This document shows positions 33,450 to 47,409 of a stretch of DNA of 64,000 nucleotides, in pieces. The notes under the pieces were generated by a model. That model had not been told where the DNA came from and ran no database searches. It saw only the letters and a list, made by a program, of their open reading frames with translations. The translations under genes and the position numbers were made by a program. Position 1 is the first letter of the stretch, and each line of letters opens with the position of its first letter. Source of the stretch: Takakia lepidozioides (Eukaryota > Plantae > Bryophyta); the NCBI GenBank assembly GCA_030704615.1, contig CM060734.1, positions 58,714,001-58,778,000 of the forward strand, given 5' to 3'.

Positions 33450-36400
33450 ATGTCAGACGCCGGCAATTCGACTCATTCAGGAGGCGCTGACGAGGAGTAT
33501 TCGGAGGATGAAGAGGAACGAGTGATGAGAGAGCAGGATTGTAGAGAGCTTGAAGTGGATTCGGTAGGAGTGAAAAGGAAGAGGGGGGAGATGGCAGGCT
33601 CGAAAGGCCGAGTTCAAAGATATTTGGTGACGGTGGAATATGTGGGTACCCGGTTCTTGGGGTGGCAGAAACAGAAAAACTTCCGAACTGTGCAGGGCGC
33701 GCTTGAGGTAGGATCTCCAGCTCACGTTTGGTATACTGTGAGGGCGGGGGAGAGGGCGGGATTCTGAATGTCTCTGAATTTTGGAACCCTTGTCTTATTT
33801 TGGTGAATGTCAAAGGAGCTTATAGCGGAACTTGTACTCAGTGGTTCGTGATGTTCGACAATTTGAATTCGTCCGCGGTGATGTGAGCCAATGCAGGATG
33901 CCTTTTGCAAGTTTGTTGGTCAGCCCGTGGTGAGCGCAGGCTCTAGCCGCACAGTAAGTGTTTCATAAATCACACACCCATCTCGAATTCTGAAGAAATG
34001 TATGTTTCATTTACCAAACATAACTCAGCTCTAACCATGAAGGATGTAAATGACGGTCCCTTGAAATTGATGTTTTAGGTGGTAGGGAATCCGCCATGAA
34101 ATCGCTTTTCTATTCTAATAATCAGCTTCCATTAGTGTAGGAAGTCTGCATTTCTTTGCTGATGGTGGGCATGCATATTTATGGTGGTAAGTGAGTAGGG
34201 TTTATATGGTTGAATCCAATTGTGCTGAATGTACAGGATACGGGGGTGCATGCCCTGGCCAATGTGTGTCATGTGGACATTGAGCGCATTAGCAAGAGAA
34301 AGCCTGGCGAAGTGGTAAGATCTCCTACAGCAATGCTGGTATTCTTTGCTGCTGACAGATTGATAATGGACTCGTATGTCTCATGCTCTCCAGTGTTGGA
34401 AAAACTCATCCCTGTAGTTGCAGCAGTCGGTCACTGTGGTGGTGGCCAGAAGATGTGGGGGCCTGGACAGAGATAGAATGTACTCATCAGACGTTCCTCG
34501 ACAGATATAAACAACAACAAATTGTAAAAGAATCTAAGCGATTGTGGTTCTCACTGCTGAAGGGCTCTGCCAAGCACGAGCATTTCTGATACCCCTCTCA
34601 TCTTGTGGAGAGTCCCTTGGTAGCAGGGCTGGTTGGGATATTCGTGCGCACATCCCTTTAAATGATGTGTGCTCTTAGGTCAGATCCTCCTCCTCAGGAA
34701 AGAGACCTGTAGCAGTTACATTTTTTCCCCACTGATAGATTGTACTCATAAGACGTTTGCCGTAGCCTTGTGGCCATTGATAGAGAGGGGGAGGAAGGAT
34801 GCTAATACATATTGCTGTACTGTGAAATGGAAGAATGGAGGAGGGAGAAGTGACCTGAAGGAGGTGTTTAATATGGATGGGACAAGTGTCTGAAACCAAG
34901 GGTGGTGGATGTACAGTCTGTATATGATGCAAGGAAAGGGCATGTCCTAGTTCCCAGCTGATTCATGTAGGATTTCTTGATTTCTTGATCAGCAGTGGCC
35001 TTTCAGATGCTCTTCCTGATATTGATTCCCTTGTCTGGCTTGTTCAGTTGCCTCCCCATGAACCAGAGGTTGTGAAGAGGGCAGTCAACCACTTTCTACA
35101 GGTACAAAAGTCACATGTGTGGAAGGAGGACAGATGATACTCTTTTTTTACCATGTTCTCTAAGATGTTGAACATGTTGGGACACATCCACCACGACGTG
35201 TGACACAGAGTTTGTGTTTGTCTGTCTACCCATTGGTGATTGTCATCCAAAGGGGCCAGGAAACATTTGGTTGTTGGGACTCAGGGCACCTTCAACATAT
35301 CCATATTTTACTGCATAGTCCTAATTTTTGATGTGATCCCTGGTAAGCTTCTGACTTAGCAGTGTAAGGTTGCTTACATATATCATGGAATGGCAGAGAG
35401 ATGCAGGTGATGTGGCAGTTGTGGGGGTGCAATGTGTGCCTCCCGACTTCCATGCTCGCTTTAAAGCTCGGGAACGCACGTACGTAGGTGCATTTACTCT
35501 CTGAGACTCACAAAGATCAAGGATTTAGGGTCATTTTATGTTGCTTTACACCTCCACCATGCCTTTGCAAATGCAATTGCCTTCACAGATGTGCTCCTAG
35601 CATCCCTCAGATAGCATTTTGCTCAGGATGATCCTGTACACTAACCAGATTTTGTCTTAACTAGGGTGGTTGCAACTTGCTACGCAGTTATCATTATCGC
35701 GTTCTGGCGGGTAATGGGGTGCTTTCTGTGTTTGAGAAAGATCGAGCATGGCATGTTCCTGAGGACTTGAACCTTGCGGCCATGCTGGTTTGTTCTCTCA
35801 CTCCTCAAGCTCCCACCCAAAGACTCTCCCCATGTGTGCCTGATTTCCATCAATTTGCGGATATCCATGTTTGATGCCTTTGGTATTGCTGTATAATTGT
35901 ACAGCATGGAACACGGATTCACAAGTAAGCATGTGGTGTGATTTGAGGTGTGAATTAGGAGGCATGTCAAGTGCTGGTGGGCCATCATGACTTCAGCTCC
36001 TTCCGTGCCACAGGATGCCAGGTGAGCTCCTCTTTCTGTGGTCTGTTTTACTGCCCTCATCTCCTTCCATTCATTGTGAATACAGGTCAAGTTTGTGTTC
36101 CTTGGAAGTGAAGGTTGTCTTCTTGCCACAATTGATAGCAAGAGAAGGTCATCTTTGCTAAGACAGTTTTACTCATGTCCGTGGATATGTCTCTGCAGTC
36201 AAAATCACCAGTAAAAACACTCGACGAACTTCATGTGTGTGAAATGTCTGCATGGCCATCTTTTCCAACTCAAGCAGAACGCTCTTCGTCCACTCAAGGC
36301 CCCAAACTGAGCCAGCAGACAAATGAAGCGTCACCAGGTGTACACGTGGAAGGGACAGCAGCTGTAGGGGGGAAATTAAGCTGTCCAAACGGAGAAGTCA

Positions 36401-37273
36401 AAACAAGGCTCACGACCAAGGCACGTTTGCGTTGTTATGTAGTTACAGCGAGGGCACGCTCCTTTCTATATCATCAGGTGCGTATACATCTGCAACGAGT
36501 ACTTAGGAAGAAAATCCCGTCTTCTTCACCGGGATCACAACTAATATTCTGCACAATGGTAACCTCAGTAGATCAAGCAAACAAACAGATTTAGCTACTT
36601 ACAAGCAGTAGCTGGAATCCTGTATTGAAAATGTTTTGCCAAGCTCACAAAGCTGACTGTTCATATGCAGGTCCGGCTGCTGGTAGGGTTGCTTAAAGCT
36701 GTTGGCTCTGGGGCTCTAACAGTTGCAGACGGTATGGCTGCCCTTGCTTCTTTGTGATCTGCCATCTCTCAGGTGTTTACGAAACTGCAACTGGGATGCT
36801 GAAATGCTAGAGTAAATGTATGTTGGCCGAATGCAAGAGGAATAATTTGATGAGAGAAGTGGCTCGAAAAGTGGTCAGAGAGAATGCACTCAAGACGCCG
36901 TTTGCTGTAGCCTTGTGGCTATAGACCATGTGCCAGTTTGGGTGGAACCAAAAGGAAACAGACACTACCTTGTGAGGGGCTCACTCATGTAGCAGGAACT
37001 TAGCCGGGAGAGAGAGAGAGAGAGACATAGAGAGCTTCTACATTATAGTTGGTATGTTGAAAGGGCCCAGATCGGCACAAAGGCACTAGGAACATGATTC
37101 CAGGTATTAACTACACCATCTCTTGTTATGCAGTGCAATGTATCTTGGAAGCTCGCACGATTACAGCCACACCGGCTATGGCACCTGCCTGTGGCCTTTA
37201 CCTTGCAGAGGTCAAGTATAACTATGACAGTGATCAGGGCATAGATATTGATGTGGAAGATGTCCCAGACTAA
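33450..37273 (+). CDS. truA: tRNA pseudouridine synthase A (TruA family), multi-exon
   Basis: RYLVTVEYVGTRFLGWQKQ...TVQGALE, SSRT|DTGVHA, DFHARF, HDFSSFRA, ARSFLYHQ|VR and MAPACGLYL; stop at 37271-37273. Confidence 0.93.
34740..34780 (-). mobile_element. About 40-bp LINE family A tail, intronic
   Basis: ttgtactcataagacgtttgccgtagccttgtggccattga flanked by ccactgataga and ccattgataga. Confidence 0.8.
36886..37030 (-). mobile_element. LINE family A-like tail plus (GA)n, intronic
   Basis: Aligns with 14590-14702 (reverse complement) and 56524-56635. Confidence 0.7.
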
Positions 37274-37844
37274 TCCAGACAGTTTTAAACTCATGGGAAG
37301 ATGCTATCCCCCAAATTGTCATGTCTAAGATTGCATTTTTGCCTAGCCAGTAATGGGATGTTGTTCACTGATCAATGCAGCAAACTAGCAAAGTGTTGGG
37401 CCACCCTCTTGTAGTGGTGGTTAGAATAACAGTGGAGCATTGGCAAGTTGTAATAGATTGCATAGCAACATTTGAAATGCAACTTAGGAAAAAGCAGCTT
37501 CATGTTTCTTCAGAAAAGAAATCCTTTTCTCATTGCTAATCAATTTCCACTTCTGAACACTCTGGGGCAGTGTGAATTGTCTACAGGCATTGTGCCACTT
37601 CTGTCTTCTTTGTTTTCCCTCCATAATGCCGCTGCTTAGCTTTATTTGCAATGCCAATCACCAGAATGCCAATATGATCTTCATGACATAGCAATGTACT
37701 CTCAGGGCGCCCAAAAGTTTGATATGGGCAAGGAGTAAGGAGGCCTCTTTCTACCTCTAACCGTAATGTTTACAAAACTGCTAACATCTGTTCCGCACAG
37801 TTCAGTTCTAAAATCGAAGGATTGGAACGGCGGCAAAGTTGTCG

Positions 37845-39504
37845 CTAAAAGAAATCAACCAAGTCTGCATTTGTCATTAGGTTCGACTTCGCTGTTCTAT
37901 GCTGCAAATCTTGCGAAGAGTTCTCTTCATCACCTCCAGTCTTCTCTACCAATTGCCTGTCACTTTTCGTTTGCTGCTCGGTCTCACCATCAATCTGCCT
38001 GTCCGAAGCGTTCCCTTCAGATGATGGGGTCCTTCCCAGATGTTGGATACCGTCCGCAGGCGGCATCCCGCTGTTACATTCCTCGGCAAGACAGCCACTG
38101 CTATTTGTATCTGCCGCTTCATCACCAAATGTTTCTTTCAGAGTTCTCTGTCTGTTAGTCTCTCCTGCTGAGAGGTCCTGCTTGGAACTTGCAGTTCGCT
38201 TCCTCTCGACCTCTGCCTCAACCTCCTCTAATATGAAAGGAGGAGGTACACAAGGGGGCCGTGTTACAAACTGCAGAGCATTCCACTGCACGCCTTCAAA
38301 AAAAGGATGCTTTTTTATCTCAGTCGCTCCATTTGATCCCAGCCTGTCGTTAGGTTCTTTATTCAGTAGCTTCAGTAACAAATCTTTTAGAGGTGACATT
38401 GGGCCTGGAATGCATGGATGCCTGCACAGGATATTGTAAAAGGTCTCTTTTCGGCTGTCACTTTTGAAGGGCGTTTTTCCATACACCATCTCGTACAAGA
38501 AAATTCCGAAGGTCCACCAGTCCACTGCCGTGCCATGGCCACATCCCCACACGACCTCAGGTGCAACATACTCGACTGTTCCAACAAACGAGTTAGATCG
38601 AGGCTCTGAATTGCTTCCGCTCTTCCTGTGCTTTCGGCCACTGCTAGTATCTACTGGAGAGACTCGCGACAGACAGCCGAGCTTTGGACCGCGCTTCAGC
38701 GCATTGCCATTCAAGGGATTGGCCCCACAGACAAACATCGACTTGAATTGACTTGGCCGCTTCTTCTCAATCTCGGGCGGCTCCTTTGCCACCTCACTTG
38801 GTTTTCTCTCGGAGAACTGTACTGAGAGATCGAAATCAGTCAGCATGATATGTCCATCTGCTTGAACCAGCACGTTTTCAGGCTTCAAGTCCCTATAAAT
38901 CACTCCCCGTTTGTGCAGATATTCCAAAGCTAAAAGGACCTCCGCGGCGTAGAACCTGCAGCGCAGCACAGGAGGTGATTAGTTACGTGCATGTCCAAGT
39001 AGGAAAAATCTCCAGTTCAACTAGAAAACAAGAGAATCGTTGAGTAGCCTTGTGCAGCCTAGCGACGATGAGAAAAGATCTGTACCTAGCAGCGCACTCC
39101 GAGAACGCTTTCTCCGGTTGCCTCTGTCTTAGAATATTCAGGTCTCCGCCAGAACAGTAGTTCATGACCAGGAACGTATGTTTCTCTGTTTCAAAGTGCG
39201 TGAAGAGGGAAGGCAGGAAAGGATGTTTGACCGAAGAGAGAATGCTTCTCTCTGTGTCAGCTCTATTTATGCTCTTCTTCGCAGCCAGAGTAGCCTTTTT
39301 CATTACTTTCATCGCATATGGGACGTTGGTGCTCTTGAGAACCACCAAGAATACAGTTCCCATATCGCCATTGCCAACCGGTTTCACTGGTCTAAAATCG
39401 TCTACAGTAAATTCCTTCTTCTTGACAACAAATTTCTGAAGGTGCTCCGGCAATTCGCCTGTATAGATTGGAATTCCCCCTGGATCTGCTACGTGGGGAG
39501 GCAT
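37845..39504 (-). CDS. AGCVIII Ser/Thr kinase, AGC2/OXI1-like; two exons (39504-39086, 38955-37845)
   Basis: GNGDMG, YAMKVM, YRDLKPEN, LTDFDLS (DFD signature), SNSFVGTVEYVAPE and VDWW; intron 38956-39085. Confidence 0.95.
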
Positions 39505-42151
39505 TTCTGCACCCGGCTGCTGTACTCTTACAAAAGAAGCCTAAGAACCACGTACTTCTGTTCTTGGACGAAGCTCGACGTCCCAGTGCAACAGTAAAGG
39601 ATCAACAAAGAAACTGATGAAGTTCAGGTTTGAATTGAAATTTATCAATCCTAACTGCAGTCTGCAACCTCCCAGATAAGGAGCTACGACGGCACTGGAC
39701 TCGCTACCTCCTTCTTAAGAATCCGCACCGATCGATGGCAAAACATCACCTCTTCCACCAAACAAGACTCTTCTCTTTAGACTTTCAACGAACCGTCGCC
39801 TCCAATCTACAACCGGATTCCGCAACCAACGTAAAGCGACCACAAAACGTATCATCTAATCCTTCCTTTCTGAAGTCCCCTCCACTCTCTCATCCTCTCT
39901 CCCCTGCTACACACTGGTGATCTCAAGTGTGCAATGATCCGCTCTAGATCAGCAGCTACAGGTGATTAGTCAGTTGGAGCCACATCTACAAAACAGCAGG
40001 TCTGGACAAGAAGACTCTTCACTCAATCCTGCGCAGCTGCAACACGACAAGCTACACAAATTATCCGCCTGGAGGCCTCGCAGGTGCAGGCTGCAGTAGA
40101 AGGAAGCGCAGGCAAGGTGCGATCTTGGCAGAGATACGGGGAGCAGGCGACAAAGAGGGCCCGCACGCTGCTGGGTACGGCCCGCGCGCCTCCCTCGCAA
40201 ACCTCCTTCGCTCTGCCTCCCCCCGTCCTTAACTGCGCCCTAATCCCACTTAATGCCCTAACAGAATCTTTATGAATAGCACTAACACAGCATCTCATTA
40301 TGCTAACTCTGGAGATTACCTGCATTGCGGTATGTGGCACACTCTATTGATGTTTTAAAATACACCAGTGAATTACTGTAAGCGATTTAGTGAATAGGTA
40401 AAGCTTTGTGGGCTAAGTTGCCCTTTCTTTTAATTAAAATAAAAAGGGGCAAGGATGTACAGGACATTTTCTTTTTTTCTTTTTCCTTTTTCTTTTTTGC
40501 TTTCCTAATTTGGGTAACTTACTGCGAGGTCTGAAAATCTGAAGTGAAAATCTTTGTACTTTCTCATTCCGGTAATAGTACTTGCCATTTGTGGTATAAC
40601 GAAAAACATCCGACAAAACATTTTCGTGGTCTGTCCCACAGTTGTTGGGGCCTTTGTCCCATTCTGTTTTTCCTTTTCCTTTTTGGAGGTTGGGATTTTT
40701 CGATTTTTCTCGAAAATATTCTATGCTTTTAGATTTTATTTTTATTTTTCCACCTGGGAGCGCCAGCTCGGATTTTAATTTTGTGGTGGTGGCTATTTTT
40801 CCACCTCTTGCAATGAGATCAGTCAAAAAACATGAAATAAAGCTTCCATGGGCTTCCTCTCCTTTTCCCCAAAACAATTAATTATTTTAAGAAAACCAAT
40901 TGCTATTTCAGGGCTCCCGTTTCCCTTTATATTTAAATAAAATAGCAAAAAAAGTCAACAGTTCCGGACGATTCATGGCCGACGCTCCACATGCCTCTGG
41001 TTTTATTTTCCCTCTTCTTGCTGCAGTATTCATGAATGATATCCAATAAAATTGTGTTATCTATTACTATAATATTTCTCCAGATATTTTTCCCATAAAT
41101 GAGTGACAGTGGCGCTTCGTGTAGTATGACCAAATCAATGATATTCTTCTATTTTTCCTGCATATATATTTTTAAATATATCTGGAAATGTTTTAAGAAC
41201 TGCCATCTTATCATTAGCTTTCAAAGCCTACTTACAGGACTGCAATTTCACAACCCCCAAAACACGTTTGTTTCTTGGAAAAAGGGAGGGAGCCCTGCAC
41301 TTGGTACCGTCCGAAAAACTGAGAGTGGACGTGAATGTCAACAAACGAGAGCAGTGAGAGTGAGAGAGACACAGAGACAAGAGACAGTGGCAGTCGCGAT
41401 GTCAGCCCATCGAGTGCATGTGTGTCGCTCCCCAGCGCCGCTCACTCGCCCCCCTCTAATTATGATTAAGGCAGAGGATTAATAAGTAGGCTGCGTCGCC
41501 AGATTCTTGCGTTGGATGCTGAACGACGATGCCGCATACGGAAACATGGAATGCATCACCGCTTTGTTTCGTACCAGCCTACTTAACTTGTTGAGTAGAC
41601 ACTCTGCGGGCCTCGTGCTTTTGATTCCTCACGCAAATCCCATGCCTCTTCTTCTTTCTCTTGCTCGGGATCACGACGGGGATCACGACGTGACCATGTG
41701 TTTTTATTTCTGGCGAAGTCTCGCACTTTTTCGACCTCAAAACACAAAAACGAATATTCTGTCGTAAATTCCCTATTTTCTCATGGATGAAATCGCCAAA
41801 ATTCTCCAAGAAAAATATATATCTTGGATGAATTCGCCTAATATGGATGATAGTACAGAGGAGGATGATTCTGTCCAAATTTAAGTGGATGAACAGAAAA
41901 TATGGCTATTTCCTGCACAACTCAGTAGGCACTCCTGTTATTTTCCAAATTTGAAAAAAAAAATACTGCGCGACGATCATCCATCCATCTCTTTTTGAGC
42001 GACGGGGCAGGAGGACATTCGTGCATCCGCCGGCGGGGCGGGTACGAGAGGGACATTATTTTTGTTTAGGTGAGCGCATAGGAGGGGGATTTGGCGGTGG
42101 GCGAGGACGAACAATATCCCATAATGTTTGCCCATTTCTGCGGGGTGGTAC

Positions 42152-42162
42152 CCTATATATAA
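42152..42162 (+). promoter_or_regulatory. TATA-box-like element in a GC-rich region
   Basis: ctatatataa, upstream of the PPR pseudogene. Confidence 0.35.
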
Positions 42163-42549
42163 TGTCCGCCTGCGCAGGCTTGTGATACGGCAGCGCCACA
42201 GATTCGCGTGCGTGGAGTGAGACCCACTCTGCCACTCTGCCGCAACGGTCTACTTGAACGCTTTGCCTTCAGGTATGGTGCCCTGCACTCGTTCTCAGAT
42301 CGCATTTATGTCCGTGTACTTACCCCAATCAGACTCTGTCACTCACTGCGGCGCAGACTTTAGAAATTTCTTGTGGCTGTGCACACGCTTCACCGTAGAT
42401 CCTGACATTGAAATGCTAGGTGACCCCTATGCAAACCCCAACCGCCGTTACAGTACCTCTTATTGAAACCCTAGAAGGCTGGCCCTAGAAATTATTTGCA
42501 TTGTTCCTGAGCAGGGATGAGAGTAACTGAAGCTTGAATGAATGAAGAA

Positions 42550-43710
42550 TCTTGGAATGGAATTTTGTTTGCACAGACCAGTCCCCAATTGTCGAGACTA
42601 AGTATGCAGACATAGGCAGTGAAATGTGGCAGAGTGGATTGAGAGTTGGTTGCAATCTCCTTGGTGAAAGAAAATTTGATTTGCCGTGGAGACACAATCT
42701 GGTGGTGGTGGAAGGACAGAGTGCGGTGCTAAGTAATCCTGGTTTGTGTGGTGGAGCTCCTTCGACGCTTGAAGATGGAAGTGACTATGACTCGCAATGA
42801 ACCTTCTTGCAGGAGCTGCTCTAGTTACGCACAAACCTGTTCGGCATCTTCGATTTTGGACATGCTTGTATATTGCTCATTGTGTGGCTTCGGATTGAGT
42901 CCACCGTGACTTGCAAGCACTCTCCCATGAATGAACCTGTCCAAGCTTCTATGCACTTGGAGTTTCTCGCATGAATGTGTCAATGTGCGGCGGCTTTGCT
43001 CATGTACGATGTGAAGGAGTTTGTCCGCGCCACAACAGTGGCGCTTACTGCCGGTATTGTAGGTCTGTTTTGTTCCTCCTAAGTAGGGCATGAAAACACC
43101 GTGTTCTAAGGTTTCTCCTAGTGCATTGAAGCTACTTGGCAGGGTTGGCTTGTTCTGAGGAGGCTGGCTGCTGAGCCGCATCCCGTTGGTTTTCTGAGAC
43201 CACTCCAAGCTCGCAGGTCATAGATATAAGCAGCACGCCTTCTGCTCCATGGGTAGATCTATGGCCGCCCGCAGTGTTTCAACATTCTATTGCCTATGGG
43301 ATTGTAGGCAGAAATCCAAAAACCGAAAACAGAGACGAGGAGAAGCTCTGGATTCATGATGCAACTGGCAGGTGGATGTTACTGCAGAGGTGAGAAAAAT
43401 ACTGATGGCCAGTGGAAGGGAGCAGGTCACTGCTGCGTTGAGGGTTGCAAAAGGGTGTGCACCTTCATTGTAGATAAACGAGGCGCTTTGGACCCTTTAA
43501 CGAGGCTTGGAGTTGGACGCCTTGAAGTTGGTTGATTGCAAAGCATGTGCTAGCCTTTGAAAAGGGCATAGAGACCCTACTGGGCCATCATGAACGTTTG
43601 TGACAAATATGATTGTGAACACTACCATGGACATGTAACCAAATGTAGGAGCATCGAGGATGCAAGAGGGAATGTTCAACGAGATGGCTGAACGAAATGT
43701 GGTCAATGCA
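42550..43710 (+). pseudogene. Heavily deleted paralogue of the PDF-PPR gene
   Basis: atgtacgatgtgaaggagtttgtcc matches intron sequence at about 22831; aacagagacgaggagaagctctgg (NRDEEKLW) at about 43328; ggagcatcgaggatgcaa…atggctgaacgaaatgtggt PPR remnant at 43649-43703. Confidence 0.8.
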
Positions 43711-44949
43711 TGATGTAATAGGGAGGCCCAAATCAGGTTGAACTAGCATCTTCTAGCATGTCAGAGCTCACAGGATGTTGATTACAGTATGCGGCTGACA
43801 GCAATGCAAAAGTAACTCCTGAAAGACTTCAATATGGAACCCCTGAAAGGTCGAACTGAGCTTGAGCCCAGCTCAATGTGCTAATTGATCACAGAGAAAG
43901 GCGTCGGAGCAGAAGACTACTCTTCATCTCTCTCAACAAATATTCCATAAGAGATTGACCTCAAGATACCCCAAGTGCTTTCAAGGCTTTTTTTAAATAA
44001 TTTAATAATAAAGAATTTTGGCGATTTCATCCATGAAAATAGGGAATTTGAGATAGAATATTCCATTTTAAATTTTTGAGGTCGCCATTTGGCGATTTTT
44101 TTTATTAACCTATAATGGACAAGACGACCCGTTTCGGGTCGCGTCAGGGTGGCTACAGAATACATCCAGGATGTAACTTCGTCGGATGACCTCGGATGAA
44201 AGAAATTCTGAATGAAAGTTGTGCGCCTTGATGTCACGCACCAGCCTGTCTTTATGGCACCCTAAAATAATAAATTCCGTACCGTCAGTGATTTTCTTAG
44301 TGTGCACGTCACCAGGCTTAAGGTGTGAGCGGGCAATCAAAAGCAGGCGATGGGTTTAGGCATGGGCCTGCATGTCCACCCGAGCGGACACACCCAGGCA
44401 CCCGAAATAATGATGATGACGGGCCCGGCAGGTGGCGGGAGCGGCTGGGTATCTTCTCGCGCAAAATCTCCAGCCTTCCTTGCACCTTGCTTACGGGCAT
44501 TTCTCTCGATTGTCGCTGCATTGTGTTTTTGCTACGCTTGTTTTTGCTCTTTGTTGCATGCAAATGATTCGCAACGGGGGCTTCTATGTGTGCTCATTAT
44601 GAGCGCAACTCGAGCTGCACAGCCACACATTTTCCATGCAGGAAACGGGCGGGAGCTGTTCCATTTTGCGAAATATGGCCTTGCAACTTGATCTTCCTGC
44701 ATTTTGTGCATTGACGATGCTACTAGGGTTCAATTTGGAGGCGTTGCTGTTTTACTGTCTACCGTCACAGATGCTAATGCGCGCTGTTTTTGTGTGTGTT
44801 CATGTGTGCTGCATTTCTGTATCTTCATCTCGCTTGTTTTCTACATAGGCTTCCATTCATTGGGGTGATCTGTGTGGGGGTTAGGGAATGGATGGTGGAT
44901 GAGGTTGAAGAATATTTCCATCATGTTAGGGGTCTGTGGCACCAGTAGC

Positions 44950-46030
44950 TTATTGAATGCTTGCATCTCCAGGGATACCCATAGAAATTGGACATAAATA
45001 TTATCGTTTGCACAGACTGTGGCACCTACAGATCGAACATCAGACGCAGATTCATCAGGCTCTTGTCAAATTGAGGCTGATTCAGCCTTTTAACTTCCAA
45101 AACCTATGTGAGAACAACAGTTGTAAGTATCCACAAACAACGTGAAAAGCACATACTTGACCCTGATATAGTTGCTTCTTGAACATCTCCACGCCACTGT
45201 GTTTTCAAATTGGGTCCCTGTGATCAAAGCACTGAAGAAGTTAATCACATTAGCAGATAATGGAAGATTAGTTGAATCTAAAATATTTTACAAGGGAGTT
45301 TTCAGAATTAGAGTTGGCAAACAGATTACCGTGCGAAGCCCCATGCCAGAGGGCTTTTCCAAGAAAGGCAGACATCTAGCAAGACGTCATTTTTGTATTA
45401 AATGAGATCATGCATTTGTGTGTTTATTCACTCACTTGATTATATGGCACCCTTGTTTCAACAGTCTCATCTTGTGTGATCCTGTAGGCAGCCACTTACT
45501 CTGTTGATGGGTAGATGAAGTGGCATCATACTCTATGCCTGCCTTGGTAGGAGTCAATTTTTCTTTTTGTTTGAGGTTTGAGTGTGGTACTAAAAGCAAC
45601 ATCTGTCCATTTTCATGTTACTTCGATTGCTTTTCCAAATCAAGTTCATTATGTGTTATATATGTTTCTATACAGGGCAACGATTTGCACTCCGGGAGGG
45701 AGGTTGAACAGTGGGTGCCAGGGTGGTCTCAAGCTTCTGGGCTGATATCACTTCAGCCATATGCTTCCAGTAATAGCCCTTCAACTGAGCAGCCATTTCA
45801 TCTGACCTGAGAGCTGGATAGTCCAGTACACACACAACTTCTCCATCCCAGGCGTTGTTACCATTGCAGCTTCTACTATGTAGCTCCATACGTGTTGTCG
45901 TCCCCTGGAAATTTTGATCACAGTAGTAACTGTCAAATTAGTGACAATATCCAGTAGAGGCACCGCTTGTCCTGCATGGTCATGCAGGCAAATCATAAAC
46001 CAACTATTTGCAGTGAATTTCAGGCCAAGC
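44950..46030 (-). mobile_element. Possible decayed integrase (LTR or Ginger-like) remnant
   Basis: CLHDHAG, KGYYWKHM and TGTQFEN remnants in different frames. Confidence 0.3.
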
Positions 46031-47409
46031 ACCGTTTAGTCCATCTTCATTTACGAGAGAGAGCTAGGGTTTTCAGAATCTTTTGTCATTTGTCTTGGAC
46101 CTCCACATACAAATAAACGGGGGTGAGATCAACAACTAGCTTCACCCCGGAGTGTTCTTTTTGTGAGAGACATCTGTCCCTGTAGACAACAGAAGAGAAC
46201 ATTGAGAACAAGCTTTGAAGCGATAGGGATATGCATATAACGTGTACAAATTCATGCACATCGCAGGGAGTCGTGACATTGGAAGAGAGCTCAGACGGTT
46301 GGCAGTTGGGCGGTTGGTTACTTATAGGTTCACACGATGAAAGAAATGACATGCCTTCGCGTTCGTCGGGTGCTGAGTTTCGGGTGCCCGTCAATTCCCC
46401 ATAAATCGATAACGTAGCCCCATTTTCTGGGCCGGAATCATCTGGCATGAGTTCCCCGGAATTTGGATTCAAGTAGAAATTGGCCCATATGGAAATCTAT
46501 GCATGTAGATTGGTTAGAATGCTTCCAAATTTTTTAAGGTAGTGAGTTTCCACTCAAGGAACAAAATGACCAGAGGAATTGACATTGTGATGAAAATTTG
46601 GACACATTTGAGGCAGATTTGGGGTCAATTGTAATGGAGACCGTTTTTTACTTACCAATTTTCCCTCATGTGGTTTTGGAATTTGGTTTTGGAATTTTGG
46701 CCCTACATGCCAGGCAATTAGAATTTGGGTATGCTGAATCAATGAAAAGTCATTTTGCTAGGCCAATTGCTTGGTCAAACCATTTCTTCACTCCAAAACT
46801 AGAGCACAGTAAATATTTACAGCTTGCATTTTTATTATAATTTTTGTATTGACACGGTGAAATCTCTTGAAAGGTTCCTGAAGTAGGTAGGATTACTTTC
46901 ATACAGTTCATCCCCCTGGATGTTTGATATGTCCTCAAACATGAGGGCATGTTCCGTTTCGGAATGGGCCCACCAAAAACAGGCTCATCCATTAGGGGTT
47001 AATGGTTAACAGGGGGATTGTAGCCCTGGTTAAATTATTGATAAATGAACGGGGAAAAGAATTAAAACCCCTGATAACACCATAAGGCACACACACCGAA
47101 ATCAGTGAGCCGGGAACCACACCTCTCCGAGCAAGAGACAAGAGAAAGCTAAATGTTTGACTACCGAGAACAATTTCGAACGTTTGAACCTACCATCTAT
47201 CTATCTATCATGTGTTTCCCTGTAAAAAAAAAAGAAAACAAACGAGAGATATATATATATAAATATATTAAAGAATAGTGTGGTATCCAACGGGGTCTTT
47301 TTGTTAAATGACAATGCCTCTTGCTTTGGAACTTTGAATTTGAAACAATCATTTCATTGCCAATCGTCATATTTGTTGCAAATTCTCATTTCAATATTTT
47401 TTAATAGAA

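Larger units (their letters stand above)
41732..44084. repeat. About 74-bp inverted repeat pair (41732-41805 / 44012-44084) bracketing 2.2 kb
   Basis: cgacctcaaaa…aaattccctattttctcatggatgaaatcgccaaaattct versus the reverse complement of agaattttggcgatttcatccatgaaaatagggaattt…ttttgaggtcg. Confidence 0.85.

Noticed and set aside
34470-34500. CTGATGAG on the minus strand suggesting a hammerhead ribozyme
   Set aside because: No stem II followed by GAAA; it is a variant of the LINE tail (tcttatgagtac).
44110-44420. Possible PP2C fragment (KITDGTEFIILGC)
   Set aside because: The similarity is too short and lacks the DG motif; unsupported without a search.
46387-46398. cccgtcaattcc, matching a conserved SSU rRNA segment (reverse complement)
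   Set aside because: Only 12 bp with no flanking rRNA similarity.
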